A DNA stretch of 64,000 nt from Thermoproteota archaeon (GTDB lineage: Archaea; Thermoproteota; Thermoprotei; Thermofilales; B9-G17): positions 1-64,000 of the forward strand of contig JAPDJW010000002.1 in the NCBI GenBank assembly GCA_029258885.1, written 5' to 3'. Shown piece by piece: positions 19,294-29,768 of this stretch. The stretch's first letter is position 1. Every line of letters begins with the position of its first letter. Position numbers and translations under genes: made by a program. The notes below the pieces were generated by a model, which was not told the DNA's origin, searched no databases, and saw only the letters and a list, made by a program, of their open reading frames with translations.

Positions 19294-19597
19294 ATGGATC
19301 TCGGTAGGGTCTTTGTTAAGACGCCGGGCTGGAAGGTAGATAGCGGCGGTAGGCTCTATATTGAAGATAACGTTCTTCGGTTTAAGATAGAATTTTATCG
19401 ATAGGATTATTGGTAGAAAGGGCTTTGAGATAAAGAAAGAGGAGATAACTGGATGGAGGGAAGCTAAGGGCTCCTACCTTGGGAGGAAGATTCCATCAGT
19501 TATAATTACCACTGAAAAAGGAGAATACGTTATAATGTTTCCTAGGGATAAGGAGGGTAAATCTAGGGCTGCATTGAAAGAATGGCTTTCAAAGTAA
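19294..19597 (+). pseudogene. Small (about 100 aa) PH-fold-like protein interrupted by a +1 frameshift in a T4 run
   Basis: MDLGRVFVKTPGWK..KIEF continues as IDRIIGRKGFEIKKEE..LKEWLSK-stop if one T at 19393-19396 is removed; span is 304 nt = 101 codons + 1. Confidence 0.6.
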
Positions 19598-19625
19598 CTT
19601 TACCTTAAACTCAGGTTAGGATATG

Positions 19626-20432
19626 TTAAACTTGTTCTTTTAGTATTTTCTGGAAGGATATTGCTAGGAATAGGAATATTGCTACTCCTGCAGCTATGTT
19701 AGATAACGCTAATCCCACTATTCTCCCTATTCCATATACTGTAAAATCTATTAGACTATGTAGTATTGTTGGAAGAATAATGCCTCCGGTCTTCTCTCTT
19801 AAAACGCCGAATATGATGCCTAGGAAGCATGCAAATAGGGTTACCATGACTATTACTGGGCTTATAAAAGCTCTTCCGGTAAATGGATTAATTCCCGTTA
19901 AGATATGAGGTATTCCGAAGAATACGACTCCGGTAATTAGTGTGCCTCTACTCCACTTGAAATCGACTCCAAGTATCTTCTCATATTTATGCGTAAATAC
20001 TTCGTTTAACCTGGACTGTACGTATCCTCTAAAGAAGAGCTCCTCCGAAAAGCCAACGAATAAGAAGAACCAAATTGCATCTATAATTAGAGCTCTTAAA
20101 TTTATCCTTAATCTCGGCGCCATAAGCAATGATGCTAGCACTATAATTACGTCAATAATGGCGAAGAGGAGTATAGTGTAGGTAGCCCACTTAACGCTGA
20201 ACCGTAGGTTTCTAGGAAGTATACGATAGTTCCTCGATTTCCTATGAATTAGAATACCTACAAATCCTAGTATAATCATTACTGTTTTAGAGTACCACCC
20301 ATATTGCATCTGATAAATAGCCTGAAGATACCATGCTACAACAAAGAAGACTGCTTCAACGATAGAGACTTCAATTATGGCTTTTAACTTATCACTTAAT
20401 GCAGAGTTTACTGCTCCCGGATTACGTGGCAT
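19626..20432 (-). CDS. CPBP (CAAX-protease family) intramembrane metalloprotease
   Basis: SEELFFRG, FGIPH and HSLID motifs; start uncertain (the ORF extends to 20543). Confidence 0.88.
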   Translation of the reverse strand: MPRNPGAVNSALSDKLKAIIEVSIVEAVFFVVAWYLQAIYQMQYGWYSKTVMIILGFVGILIHRKSRNYRILPRNLRFSVKWATYTILLFAIIDVIIVLASLLMAPRLRINLRALIIDAIWFFLFVGFSEELFFRGYVQSRLNEVFTHKYEKILGVDFKWSRGTLITGVVFFGIPHILTGINPFTGRAFISPVIVMVTLFACFLGIIFGVLREKTGGIILPTILHSLIDFTVYGIGRIVGLALSNIAAGVAIFLFLAISFQKILKEQV

Positions 20433-20646
20433 CTCGGAATCCTCCGGTAACATAGCATCTGTAGTTTTAGGAATAGCTTCAAACAATATAATTATATCTA
20501 TTGACTTATTACCTAAAGTGGATGATAGACCGCTTTGAATCAATTAACGTCCGCTATTAGAATTCTGTTTCCGGGTCTTAATGAGCCTTGAAGTATCAGT
20601 CTTTAAGATTGTCCTTCGGGTATTTTGTTACCCATTTGAGGAAAAA

Positions 20647-20676
20647 TTTATAAACATTTAGTTTGAATATCGAACT
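20647..20676 (+). promoter_or_regulatory. TATA box plus imperfect palindrome before the Lrp/AsnC gene (putative autoregulatory operator)
   Basis: TTTATAAA at 20647; AGTTTG-N5-CGAACT at 20660-20676 abuts the ATG. Confidence 0.45.
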
Positions 20677-21111
20677 ATGGATGAAAGAAACCTCCGTATA
20701 ATCGAGCTTCTGATTAGGAATGCGAGAATTTCAAAGTCCGAGATTGCTAAAGAGCTGGGTATTACTGAGACTGCCGTTAGGAAGAGGATTAGGAAGCTTG
20801 AGGATGAGAGGGTAATTTTAGGCTACAGGGCTATTGTAAACTATAGGAAGATAGGTATGGTTTACTCCTTTACTGGCATCGATGTTGAACCTGAAGCGCT
20901 TATAGATGTTATGAGGAGCCTTAAGGCTATGAGGGAGGTTTGCGCCCTTTATCTAACATCTGGAGACCATGATCTTCTAGTTGAAATAGTATGTAGGAAT
21001 ATGAATGAACTTGAGAAGTTACATAAGAAGATTGCCAGCTTAAGAGGTGTAAGGAAAATCTGTCCGGCTATTATCACTGAGATTATTGAGATCAGGAAGG
21101 GTTGTTCATAG
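20677..21111 (+). CDS. Lrp/AsnC-family transcriptional regulator
   Basis: MDERNLRIIELL..ETAVRKRIRKLE HTH; TSGDHD RAM domain. Confidence 0.92.
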   Translation: MDERNLRIIELLIRNARISKSEIAKELGITETAVRKRIRKLEDERVILGYRAIVNYRKIGMVYSFTGIDVEPEALIDVMRSLKAMREVCALYLTSGDHDLLVEIVCRNMNELEKLHKKIASLRGVRKICPAIITEIIEIRKGCS

Positions 21112-21173
21112 AAGCTTAGAAAACTATATTAATTGTAGTACAGAACATTATTTGGATTTGCTGGGTGTAGGCT

Positions 21174-21941
21174 ATGCCTAAATGTGATTATTGCGGCGCT
21201 GAGGTTTATCTACCTTATAAGTGTAAGTACTGTGGCGGTATATTCTGTGCAGAGCACCATCTACCCGAAAACCATAACTGTCCAGGACTGAAGAGAGGAG
21301 AATGGACTCCAACGTATATGCCGTCCCGATACGCGCTTGAATATAAAGTATATACTGAGGAGGAGCTTAGGAGGCCTAAGTTTAGGCTGCCTGCACTATT
21401 TTCCCCAGATGAGCTTAAGGATCTGGTTTTAGCTATGATGGCTATTTTCCTCGTCTATTTCTCAATAGCTATCAATTATTTTCACCCCATAGCCTTTCTG
21501 TATATATTGGTTGCCGTATTTACTGGATTCTTCCTACACGAGATGGCTCACAGATTTACCGCTATACATTTCGGGTATAGGGCTAGGTTTGTTGCAACTA
21601 GAGAAGGTTTAATCATAACAGCTCTCTCGGCTCTCCTACCTATCAAGATTATTGCGCCTGGCCACGTAGCGATTTACACCTATAGCATTGATAGGAGAAA
21701 GCTTGGTTTGATATCGTTAGCTGGACCCTTGAGTAATTTATTGATTGCATTGACTGCTTTAATCCTGCCTATAAGTGGTCTACTTAAGCTGTTCATTCTT
21801 ATAGTTAACTTGGATATAGCGTTCTTCAACATGATTCCATTAGGGATACTTGATGGATATAAGATTTTTAAGTGGGATAAAGCTGTCTGGGCCATATTCT
21901 TCATTATCGTGCTTGCTTTATGGGTTTATGTCCGCTTTTAA
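21174..21941 (+). CDS. AN1-type zinc finger fused to an M50 (site-2) metallopeptidase
   Basis: CDYC..CKYC..FCAEHHLPENHNC; HEMAH; FNMIPLGILDG. Confidence 0.88.
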   Translation: MPKCDYCGAEVYLPYKCKYCGGIFCAEHHLPENHNCPGLKRGEWTPTYMPSRYALEYKVYTEEELRRPKFRLPALFSPDELKDLVLAMMAIFLVYFSIAINYFHPIAFLYILVAVFTGFFLHEMAHRFTAIHFGYRARFVATREGLIITALSALLPIKIIAPGHVAIYTYSIDRRKLGLISLAGPLSNLLIALTALILPISGLLKLFILIVNLDIAFFNMIPLGILDGYKIFKWDKAVWAIFFIIVLALWVYVRF

Positions 21942-21992
21942 CGTTAAGTTTAGTCGGTACCTTTAATAGCCTGACAGCCATTGATGTAGCCG

Positions 21993-23792
21993 GTGGCTGT
22001 TATGAATAAAATTATTCCCAGCATAGATGAAATGACTATTGAGGGTTTTAAGGAGGGCTTTAGGAGGATTATTGAGGTTAAACGTAGGGCTGGGCTTAAG
22101 GCTGTGCTGGATAATCCCCCGGACCTGTTCGAACGTGCTAAAATGTATGGTACCCAGTATAGAAATGGCTCATGGAACTGGGCTTCTAATATCTGGCATA
22201 GGTCGGCTGCAAACACTGTTGTTATTAATAGTGACGATGAGTTGATGTATGAGCATAAGTTGCTTATGGTTAGGGTTCTCGAGCATATATTGGCTCAGGG
22301 ACCTATTATTAAGGTTGATGGATACGTTGGTAAGCCGGGTACTCCGGCGCAGATGCACGCTAGGGTTTACGTGGATCCACAGTTCCCCGATATAGCTTAT
22401 AGGTGGAAGCAGCTGGTCTTCGATGCTCCGCCCGATGAGGAGCCTGATATTGAGGTCTTCGTCATACCCCACTATCTACGTAACCCGATAATTCCGGGCA
22501 CTAATAAAATGCTTATGGTTATGCGTTTCCCCCACCATAACTACAGTATTATTACCGCCTCATCCTACCAGGGCGAGGTTAAGAAAGCAGTGTTAACCCA
22601 CTGGATATATCACGTATATAAACGCGGCGGAACAGGCGAGCACGCTGCTCTGAGGGAGTTCACGGTTAAGCGTGTCGATGGGAGAGAGAAGAGGATAGTT
22701 ATGGCTATATGGGGGTTGACTGGTACCGGAAAATCCACGCATGGAATGTACGTTTGGACTGAGGAAAACGCTAAGATTTATATTGAGAAATTTGGCGTAA
22801 ACCCGCTTGACTACGTTAAGGATCAGGTTATTAAAAACGATGATATTATAGCTATTTTCGAGGATAGGGTTATAGGCTCCGAGAGGGGGTGCTGGACTAA
22901 GACGGAGGATTTGACTCCAGCGCAGGTTGCTATATGGAATGCCGCTACTAGTCCTAGGGCGCTACATGAGAATACAGAATTCGACGAAAACGGTAACCCG
23001 TGTTTTGAGGGGAAACTGTTTCAGTATTTTGGCTCGCCTAATAGAAATGCTAGGAGCGTCCTTTACCTGGAGGATACGGGATATTTTGACGGTGATATAG
23101 CGTCAAGTGGCCCGTTAACTACGGCTGTCTTTCTTAGTCCAGGCTACTTCACCGATTATGCCTGGGTTAAAATCGTTGACCCAGCTTTTGCAGCTAAGGT
23201 GTTGGCTGATGGTAGGACTATTGGACATCCAGCGCAGGCGAAGGAGGTTATTGGCAGGATTAGGTTTGTAGCTAGATATGCTCATCCATTCACTATCGGC
23301 GTAAGTAATACAGCGCATGTGGTTCGATTCTACAAGTATCTCCTAAAGAGGATTGAGGAGGGAGATCCCATAGAGGTTTATCTGCTGAATACTACTGGTA
23401 GGATAATTGCTAAGTATAAATGGGTAAGGAAGAAGTTTGGCGATCATGAACTTGAAGTACCGGAGCCAATACTAGTGGAGGTTAACGGTATACCTAAAGC
23501 AATCGGCGGAACAAGACCATCGATTGAGGAGACAGAATTATTCCTACTTCAAGCGGTTAGAGGCGCTGTAGAGTATAAGCCCCACCCGGTATGGGGCGAG
23601 AAGGTACTAGTGCCAGCTAAAGTTCCAGGCATAAACGAGGAGAGATTGAGAGAGCTTGATCCAACGAGCTATGTACCGATGGATGAATATAGGCGGCTAG
23701 TTAAGGCGATTGTTGAAATGAGCAAATACTATCTGGATAAAAACTGTCCCAATCTACCCGAGGAAATATATCATGCAATGGACATAGATTAA
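21993..23792 (+). CDS. pckA: Phosphoenolpyruvate carboxykinase, divergent ATP-type family
   Basis: P-loop GLTGTGKST, KNDD, SERGCWTKT and YLLNT motifs. Confidence 0.75.
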   Translation: MAVMNKIIPSIDEMTIEGFKEGFRRIIEVKRRAGLKAVLDNPPDLFERAKMYGTQYRNGSWNWASNIWHRSAANTVVINSDDELMYEHKLLMVRVLEHILAQGPIIKVDGYVGKPGTPAQMHARVYVDPQFPDIAYRWKQLVFDAPPDEEPDIEVFVIPHYLRNPIIPGTNKMLMVMRFPHHNYSIITASSYQGEVKKAVLTHWIYHVYKRGGTGEHAALREFTVKRVDGREKRIVMAIWGLTGTGKSTHGMYVWTEENAKIYIEKFGVNPLDYVKDQVIKNDDIIAIFEDRVIGSERGCWTKTEDLTPAQVAIWNAATSPRALHENTEFDENGNPCFEGKLFQYFGSPNRNARSVLYLEDTGYFDGDIASSGPLTTAVFLSPGYFTDYAWVKIVDPAFAAKVLADGRTIGHPAQAKEVIGRIRFVARYAHPFTIGVSNTAHVVRFYKYLLKRIEEGDPIEVYLLNTTGRIIAKYKWVRKKFGDHELEVPEPILVEVNGIPKAIGGTRPSIEETELFLLQAVRGAVEYKPHPVWGEKVLVPAKVPGINEERLRELDPTSYVPMDEYRRLVKAIVEMSKYYLDKNCPNLPEEIYHAMDID

Positions 23793-24016
23793 ACTAAAAC
23801 TGTGAAAACTAAGCCGAATATTTTTGAATATACACTATTTTGACAACCATCTCATTATTTAAAGAAATTATATAATATAATACGCGTATTCTAAGGCAAA
23901 GGTTATATAGAGCATTCAGGAGCATATAATTGAATGATGTATTTGCCGAGTACTGAATCTGTGATGACCCATTCATGAACTGATATTTTCCTATGATAAT
24001 CCAATAGGTTATCTGA

Positions 24017-24437
24017 TTGGATAATATAAACGGCAACTTCACTATATACGCCGGGACTAAGATATGGAGCAACCACCTTTCCCTTCTAAACGACAGCACG
24101 GCGGTATTCTACTCCAAGGTGTTTGTATACAGCCTGGACTTCCCAGCCCTATCCACCACCGTCAAACTGACATTCAAAAGCTACGGATGGCTACCCAACA
24201 CAACTATATACGTAGCCGAGCTCGCCACGCCCGTTTATGCTCTGAACTGGAGCGATACTAGGGTATGGGGGAGGCTTAAAATCATAGACTGGGCTAAAGT
24301 AGAGCCCGTCGAGGGGCTGGATAATAATCCAGGTCAAGAACCTTAAGACCAGCGAGATTAGGGAGGAGCGGTTCTACGGAGACCCCTACGCAGGCTTCAG
24401 CGTAAACGTGCCGAGAAGTACGAGGTATGGTCGATAG
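24017..24437 (+). pseudogene. Internal fragment of a surface-glycoprotein-like gene, frameshifted
   Basis: Beta-rich reading with several N-x-S/T sequons; continues IIQVKNLKTSEIREERFYGDP in another frame near 24319; no proper start. Confidence 0.5.
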
Positions 24438-24755
24438 CTATAGCCCAAGTGTAAATAGGATTTATGTAAGTGTAAAATACAGCAGAATTATGTTAGTAGG
24501 GAAGCCATTAATTTAATTTTATTTCCTATGATTGCCTGCTTTCTGTGCTATATGCTTTGGGAGCATGAATTAATCTATTAGTAGCTATATAAGATATTTG
24601 CGTCTGGGTAAGCAATATATAGTAGGCTCGCTAGACTCTAAAACAAGTCTTAGTTAGCTCATAGGATAATGAGTTTTTATAGTTTGCTAAGAAAGTTTAA
24701 TTTAGCTCTATCTCCCGTACCTTTTGGGACGCCCTTAAAATTTAAAGACTGGAAA

Positions 24756-27700
24756 TTATTTTTCTTTCTTCCATGATCGATACAATAGTATTAGTGCTGA
24801 AAATAGAGTAATTAATGCTAAAAGGATAATCCAGGGCGGCACTATAACAGTATATTCAAATTGAGGAGAAGTGGCGATATTACCGACGTTATCTACAGCC
24901 TCAATATAGTATATTATTTTAGTCCCTAAGGGGTGAGGAGGTATTCTCGCCTCATAAGTATCTGAATTCGCCGCATTCATGGTTATTTTATTCCAAGTCT
25001 TTCCATGATCGTTAGTATAGAGCAAATATACTGTACTAATTCCCGATTCATTGTCGGCAACGCGCGCAGACACAGTAACAGTATCTAGGAAGGATACAGA
25101 AGCCGGATTCTGGCTCAATTCTATTATTTCCGGAGCGTTTAGGTCAATTATAAAGGTTAATTTTACTTTAGTGGGTACATAAGACCATAAGTAGGTAAGC
25201 TTATCTTCTTGTCTATCAATTGATGTTGGATTTGGCTCTATCCAGGTAATATAAGATTTAGGGTGTAATATGATTTTTACAAGAATCATATCCATGTGTC
25301 GCACTGTAAGGTTGAAGACTTCGTTTGTCAGATCCATGTTTAGAACGTTTTCCTCATTTTTATTATTTACTAGGTACCCCTCATAATTTTTCTTTACGAA
25401 GATTTTCTCTTTAGTTACCTCTAGTACTATCTCTAGTGACACCACGTTCTCTCGGAGATAAGATTCTCCGAGACATTCGACGATTAATGTATGGTCTTTA
25501 ATGGTAAGGCTGTTGACTATAACGTCAGGGAATCCTATATACGTTGTATATAAATTAATTACTTCTGGTGATAAATTAATTAGATTATACATCATCTCTG
25601 CGTACTCTCTCGACTTAAAAGTTATGTTTAAGGCTATTGATGCTAGAAATATGCCATTAAATTCGCTTCCGTTAACGAGAATTTTAAGTCTATCTTGAAC
25701 TTTAAAAATGTATTCTGGGAAAATTCCAACTGTTGGAAAAATTCCATTAAAGTTATATTCAATAAGTCCTTTTTCTTTAACCAAAATTATTATTTCTCCA
25801 TAATGATTTTCTTTTGAGTATAACTGGAACTGTATGTCATTATCTATTTCATTTCCGTCTTTTAAATATCTATTTTTAATTATTTTTCTAGAATAACCTT
25901 TTATTGGCGGTGAAAGACTACACTTAAGTATTGTTGAATCTTCCAAGCTAGAGGATAACTCGCTTCTCTCTATTCTCTTTATTCTAACTATTATTTCCTC
26001 GTATCCTTGGTTACTTATGTCCACGATAGCGAAATTGAGATAGGAAACAAAGTTAATTATTCTGCCTAGTGTTGCGCCTGTTATTACTTTGCCAGCTATT
26101 TCCAATCCGCCGTCAGCGAGCTTCTTTATTGTGTATTTAGTTGCCATTTTTACAATATGTGGGGCTAAGATTTTAAATAGTTCTATTATAGCATCATCAG
26201 CATCTGTTAAAATTCTCTTCGTTTTAATCCAGTCATTGTACCAATTCTCAAGCTCGGGAATAATTGAGGAGAAAATTAGACTTAACAATTCGTTAGAATA
26301 TGGGGGAAAGATTTCTGGCTGATATGTACTTAGTATCCCGTAAATGTATGCTACGGATCTTATTGCAATATTAGGCGTTACTACAATTTTTATAATTTTA
26401 GACCTTCTAGTGAAATTTATGCTGAATGATACTTCAGCGGTTTCACGTGGAAAGAGGCATCGAGTTACACGCTGACTCCATCCCGAGGATGTGGGAACCA
26501 ATATTTTAACGTCAAACCATGTTTCTCTTAGGTTCTTAATTGTGAGATTTATTCTTGTAGATCCATTAGCCTCCTTGCTTATCCCAGTTAGACTTATCTC
26601 AACAATACCTCCTTGTGACCAAGGCAGCAAATTATCTGTTAACCTTGCTTCCTCCTCAAGAATGTATTTGAACTGTATCAGAATCTGACAATATCCTATT
26701 CCTTCGAGAAAGCCTGATTTTTGTCCTTTGACCACAATTCTGTAATTCCCCTCTTCCACCAGATAACTGAGCGGCACATAGGCGTAGTATTCGCCCAGTC
26801 GCATATTCCCATTAAAATCTTTTTCTTCAAAACTTAGCTTCATTATGGTGCCGCTAGGCGTAATGAGATTGCCATTTAGGGCGACTCCACTTAATCTTCT
26901 TCCATTATAGTCTTTCGTTACAGCTATAACTTCTAGTAGAGGAGGACCTTTTATAATTCCCTCCTCTGTCTCTATTTCGAACTCCTTTATAGATGCATGG
27001 ACGGTAAGCAATATTCCTGCCTCTTCTTGTTTAGAAGCACCCTTGGGGAGTATTTTGATGGTGCTCCAGGACATAGCTATCCTAAGATTGTCACGAAGCA
27101 CGACTACAATTATGTTCTCTTGTGGAGACTCGCCCATTCCTATAACTTTTACTTTAAATGCTTTAAACAAAGAGTCTAGGTTAACAGTTACTGTGTGAGA
27201 ATCGATAATGTTACCCTCTGAGGAGTCTAACACCAGTATCTTAGAAGAAGTTCGAACCTGTATATCTAGTGGCAACATAACGTCGCTAGTAACCCTTATC
27301 TCGAAAAAGCTCTCCTCTCCAGACCTGATTTGAAAGTTCTTCCCACTCTTTCCATTGAAGAGAAATTCTATTTCGATTACGGGGACTTTGACGCCTATCC
27401 ATATTATTTTTTGTATCTCATACTTATTCCCCTCGGTATCACTGTATGTTATATTTGTTCGGATTTCATAATCGCCACCTCTGCTTGCCCTGAGAATAAG
27501 CTTGTAGCACTCGCTTTTAGATGGAGGTAGCGTTGAAATTTTAAACGTCAGGTCTCCTCTTACGACTTGTAGTGCCTCTTTCGGCAGATCTATAGAACAA
27601 GAGACGTTAACAGCTAAGCTATCGCCCGTATTCTTTACGATTAAATTCATTTCGATGATATCCCCTATGATTACCTGTCTTGTAGCAAGTGAATAATCAA

Positions 27701-29621
27701 CAAGGACCAATGGGCCTTCTACAACAAAGGATATCCACTCGCTTGAACACCCCTTGTGCATGCGATCTCCTTTAAAGAATGCCTTAGCCTTCCACAAACC
27801 TGGAATATCTGGAGTAAACGCTATCTCGAATTTACCATCTGCATTGCTTTGAGTTTTAATTTTTAAGGTGTTTCCATCAGGCCTTGTTAACACAATTTCG
27901 ACTTCGACTGATATTAACGGCGTTATAGCTCCACTAAATACTACGCTTTCTCCAAATTTGATGCTAGAGGGGTCTACATCTAAATAAATACTGGTTTCAA
28001 TTTTATCTTCAACTATAATTTTTAAACTAGCTTTTCTGGTTTTGCCTCCGCCGGATGCTATTATGTAGACATTATACTCTCCCGGTTTTGCATCCTCAAG
28101 AATAGCTATATCAACTGTAGATGAGAATGTAGGCATTCCATATAGTGAGCTAAACGTTATGACACCTACACTCGATGGTAAACCGCTATAGCTTAAGTCA
28201 ACTCTGCTTGGAGATCCGCTTATTAATGTGACGGTGACCTTGCAGGCTTTCTCAATAAGATCTCCTCTAATGATCTTTATGGTGCTGGGCTCTACGGTCA
28301 CTTTAAAGTCGAAAGAAGGCTCTGTTTCCTGTATTATTAATGTTGCTGAGACCGTATGTACTTTAGTTCCATAGGTTCCCTTGACTACTATGAAGTACTG
28401 ACCTGTTTTAACGTCCGAAGTAGTTTTTATTGTTAATATGGATTTTTCCCCGGGTGGTACCGGATTCTTAGAGAAAATTGCAGAGACTCCGCTTGAAGGA
28501 AGACCCGATACGCTTAGAGTAACTTCATTAGTCCATCCATTACTACCTATAACTTCAACCTCAAATATAGCCGTTTCTCCAGGTTTTATTGTTCTTGAGG
28601 TCGGCGTTATTGATAGGGAGAAGTCTGGTGCTGGTGGGGCGTTGACGCTAAATGCATCGTTCGCAGTCGCCTGTTTTGTCTTAGAAACACCGGTTTTACC
28701 TGGACCCTCCCACGCCGTTATTTCAACCTTTATCGTATATGAACCTGTCTCGGCATCAGAGGGGATGATCCACTGATCTTCTAACACTTTTACGGATCCT
28801 GGGTTAAGGTATATAGATTCAGATATAGTGTTTTGGTATGCTATATTTCCGCTTGGTGCTATTACTGTAAATTTAGTTTCAGCTGTATCGATCTGTATGT
28901 TGCCAGTATTTTTAATTCTGGCCCAAAGCTTAACAGTCTCTCCAGTATCATACGAAGTTTTATCGGATGTGAGCAAGTCTATTACGAAATCTAGGTTCTC
29001 TATTTTCTCGAAATTTGCTGTAAGAGTTCCTGGACCGTTTACAATTAAAAGAGTCTCTTGACTATATGGATCTTCTACAGATAAGCTTCCGGTAGTTGTC
29101 CAGCTTTTGAATTTATACCCGGAGGATGGGTTAGCGGCTATGTATATTTTGTTATCATAATCAGGCGGCAAGTTTACTTCCCATGTGACCTGGCCATTTG
29201 TATAGGTCTTACCAGTTCGTGAACCATAGGTTATCGACCCTACGTCGGATGGATTTGTGTAGAATGTTATTTTAGCTGAAAAAACTGCTTTAATCCATCC
29301 ATCACCTTGTACTCGAACTGTTGTTGGATTAATGCCTATATTGGATATGTAGACACCACTATCCTTGGACCCGCTATACTCCCAGTGGTGGAAGGCATAG
29401 TCCTTCGGTGGATTTGCCCTTGCTTCATAATCCCCCTGAGGGTAATCTCCACTTTGACCATTAGTATATGTTGTCCCTGAAAAAGTTATTGATCCTACAT
29501 GTGGGTTAGTATAGAATGTTACCTTATATCCTGGCGAAGTGCTAGATCTATATATAACCAGTGGGTTTACGAGAATTATTAGGATAAGGAGGATTATTAC
29601 TTTTCTCAAACTATTTTTCAT
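24756..29621 (-). CDS. Very large secreted/surface protein with multiple Ig-like (CARDB/InlB-B-like) domains and C-terminal TM anchor
   Basis: Signal peptide; repeated beta-sandwich patterns (VTFYTNP, PDFSLSITP, YYIEAVDNVGN); terminal TM followed by basic residues. Confidence 0.85.
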   Translation of the reverse strand: MKNSLRKVIILLILIILVNPLVIYRSSTSPGYKVTFYTNPHVGSITFSGTTYTNGQSGDYPQGDYEARANPPKDYAFHHWEYSGSKDSGVYISNIGINPTTVRVQGDGWIKAVFSAKITFYTNPSDVGSITYGSRTGKTYTNGQVTWEVNLPPDYDNKIYIAANPSSGYKFKSWTTTGSLSVEDPYSQETLLIVNGPGTLTANFEKIENLDFVIDLLTSDKTSYDTGETVKLWARIKNTGNIQIDTAETKFTVIAPSGNIAYQNTISESIYLNPGSVKVLEDQWIIPSDAETGSYTIKVEITAWEGPGKTGVSKTKQATANDAFSVNAPPAPDFSLSITPTSRTIKPGETAIFEVEVIGSNGWTNEVTLSVSGLPSSGVSAIFSKNPVPPGEKSILTIKTTSDVKTGQYFIVVKGTYGTKVHTVSATLIIQETEPSFDFKVTVEPSTIKIIRGDLIEKACKVTVTLISGSPSRVDLSYSGLPSSVGVITFSSLYGMPTFSSTVDIAILEDAKPGEYNVYIIASGGGKTRKASLKIIVEDKIETSIYLDVDPSSIKFGESVVFSGAITPLISVEVEIVLTRPDGNTLKIKTQSNADGKFEIAFTPDIPGLWKAKAFFKGDRMHKGCSSEWISFVVEGPLVLVDYSLATRQVIIGDIIEMNLIVKNTGDSLAVNVSCSIDLPKEALQVVRGDLTFKISTLPPSKSECYKLILRASRGGDYEIRTNITYSDTEGNKYEIQKIIWIGVKVPVIEIEFLFNGKSGKNFQIRSGEESFFEIRVTSDVMLPLDIQVRTSSKILVLDSSEGNIIDSHTVTVNLDSLFKAFKVKVIGMGESPQENIIVVVLRDNLRIAMSWSTIKILPKGASKQEEAGILLTVHASIKEFEIETEEGIIKGPPLLEVIAVTKDYNGRRLSGVALNGNLITPSGTIMKLSFEEKDFNGNMRLGEYYAYVPLSYLVEEGNYRIVVKGQKSGFLEGIGYCQILIQFKYILEEEARLTDNLLPWSQGGIVEISLTGISKEANGSTRINLTIKNLRETWFDVKILVPTSSGWSQRVTRCLFPRETAEVSFSINFTRRSKIIKIVVTPNIAIRSVAYIYGILSTYQPEIFPPYSNELLSLIFSSIIPELENWYNDWIKTKRILTDADDAIIELFKILAPHIVKMATKYTIKKLADGGLEIAGKVITGATLGRIINFVSYLNFAIVDISNQGYEEIIVRIKRIERSELSSSLEDSTILKCSLSPPIKGYSRKIIKNRYLKDGNEIDNDIQFQLYSKENHYGEIIILVKEKGLIEYNFNGIFPTVGIFPEYIFKVQDRLKILVNGSEFNGIFLASIALNITFKSREYAEMMYNLINLSPEVINLYTTYIGFPDVIVNSLTIKDHTLIVECLGESYLRENVVSLEIVLEVTKEKIFVKKNYEGYLVNNKNEENVLNMDLTNEVFNLTVRHMDMILVKIILHPKSYITWIEPNPTSIDRQEDKLTYLWSYVPTKVKLTFIIDLNAPEIIELSQNPASVSFLDTVTVSARVADNESGISTVYLLYTNDHGKTWNKITMNAANSDTYEARIPPHPLGTKIIYYIEAVDNVGNIATSPQFEYTVIVPPWIILLALITLFSALILLYRSWKKEK

Positions 29622-29768
29622 AATAATCCTCCTTTAAGATTTTATTGATATATTCATCTTATTTCATTAATAAATTTTGTGAACTACTTTGCTAATACCA
29701 ATAGCTTGCGCTTTCCTCGTCTAAGTACGCATAACTATACTTCTAGCAGTGCTAACAGCTTAGAATAA

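Noticed and set aside
23809-24099. 96-aa minus-strand ORF
   Set aside because: AT-rich, TTG start, overlaps the plus-strand pseudogene fragment, and has no recognisable motif; I cannot support it as a gene.
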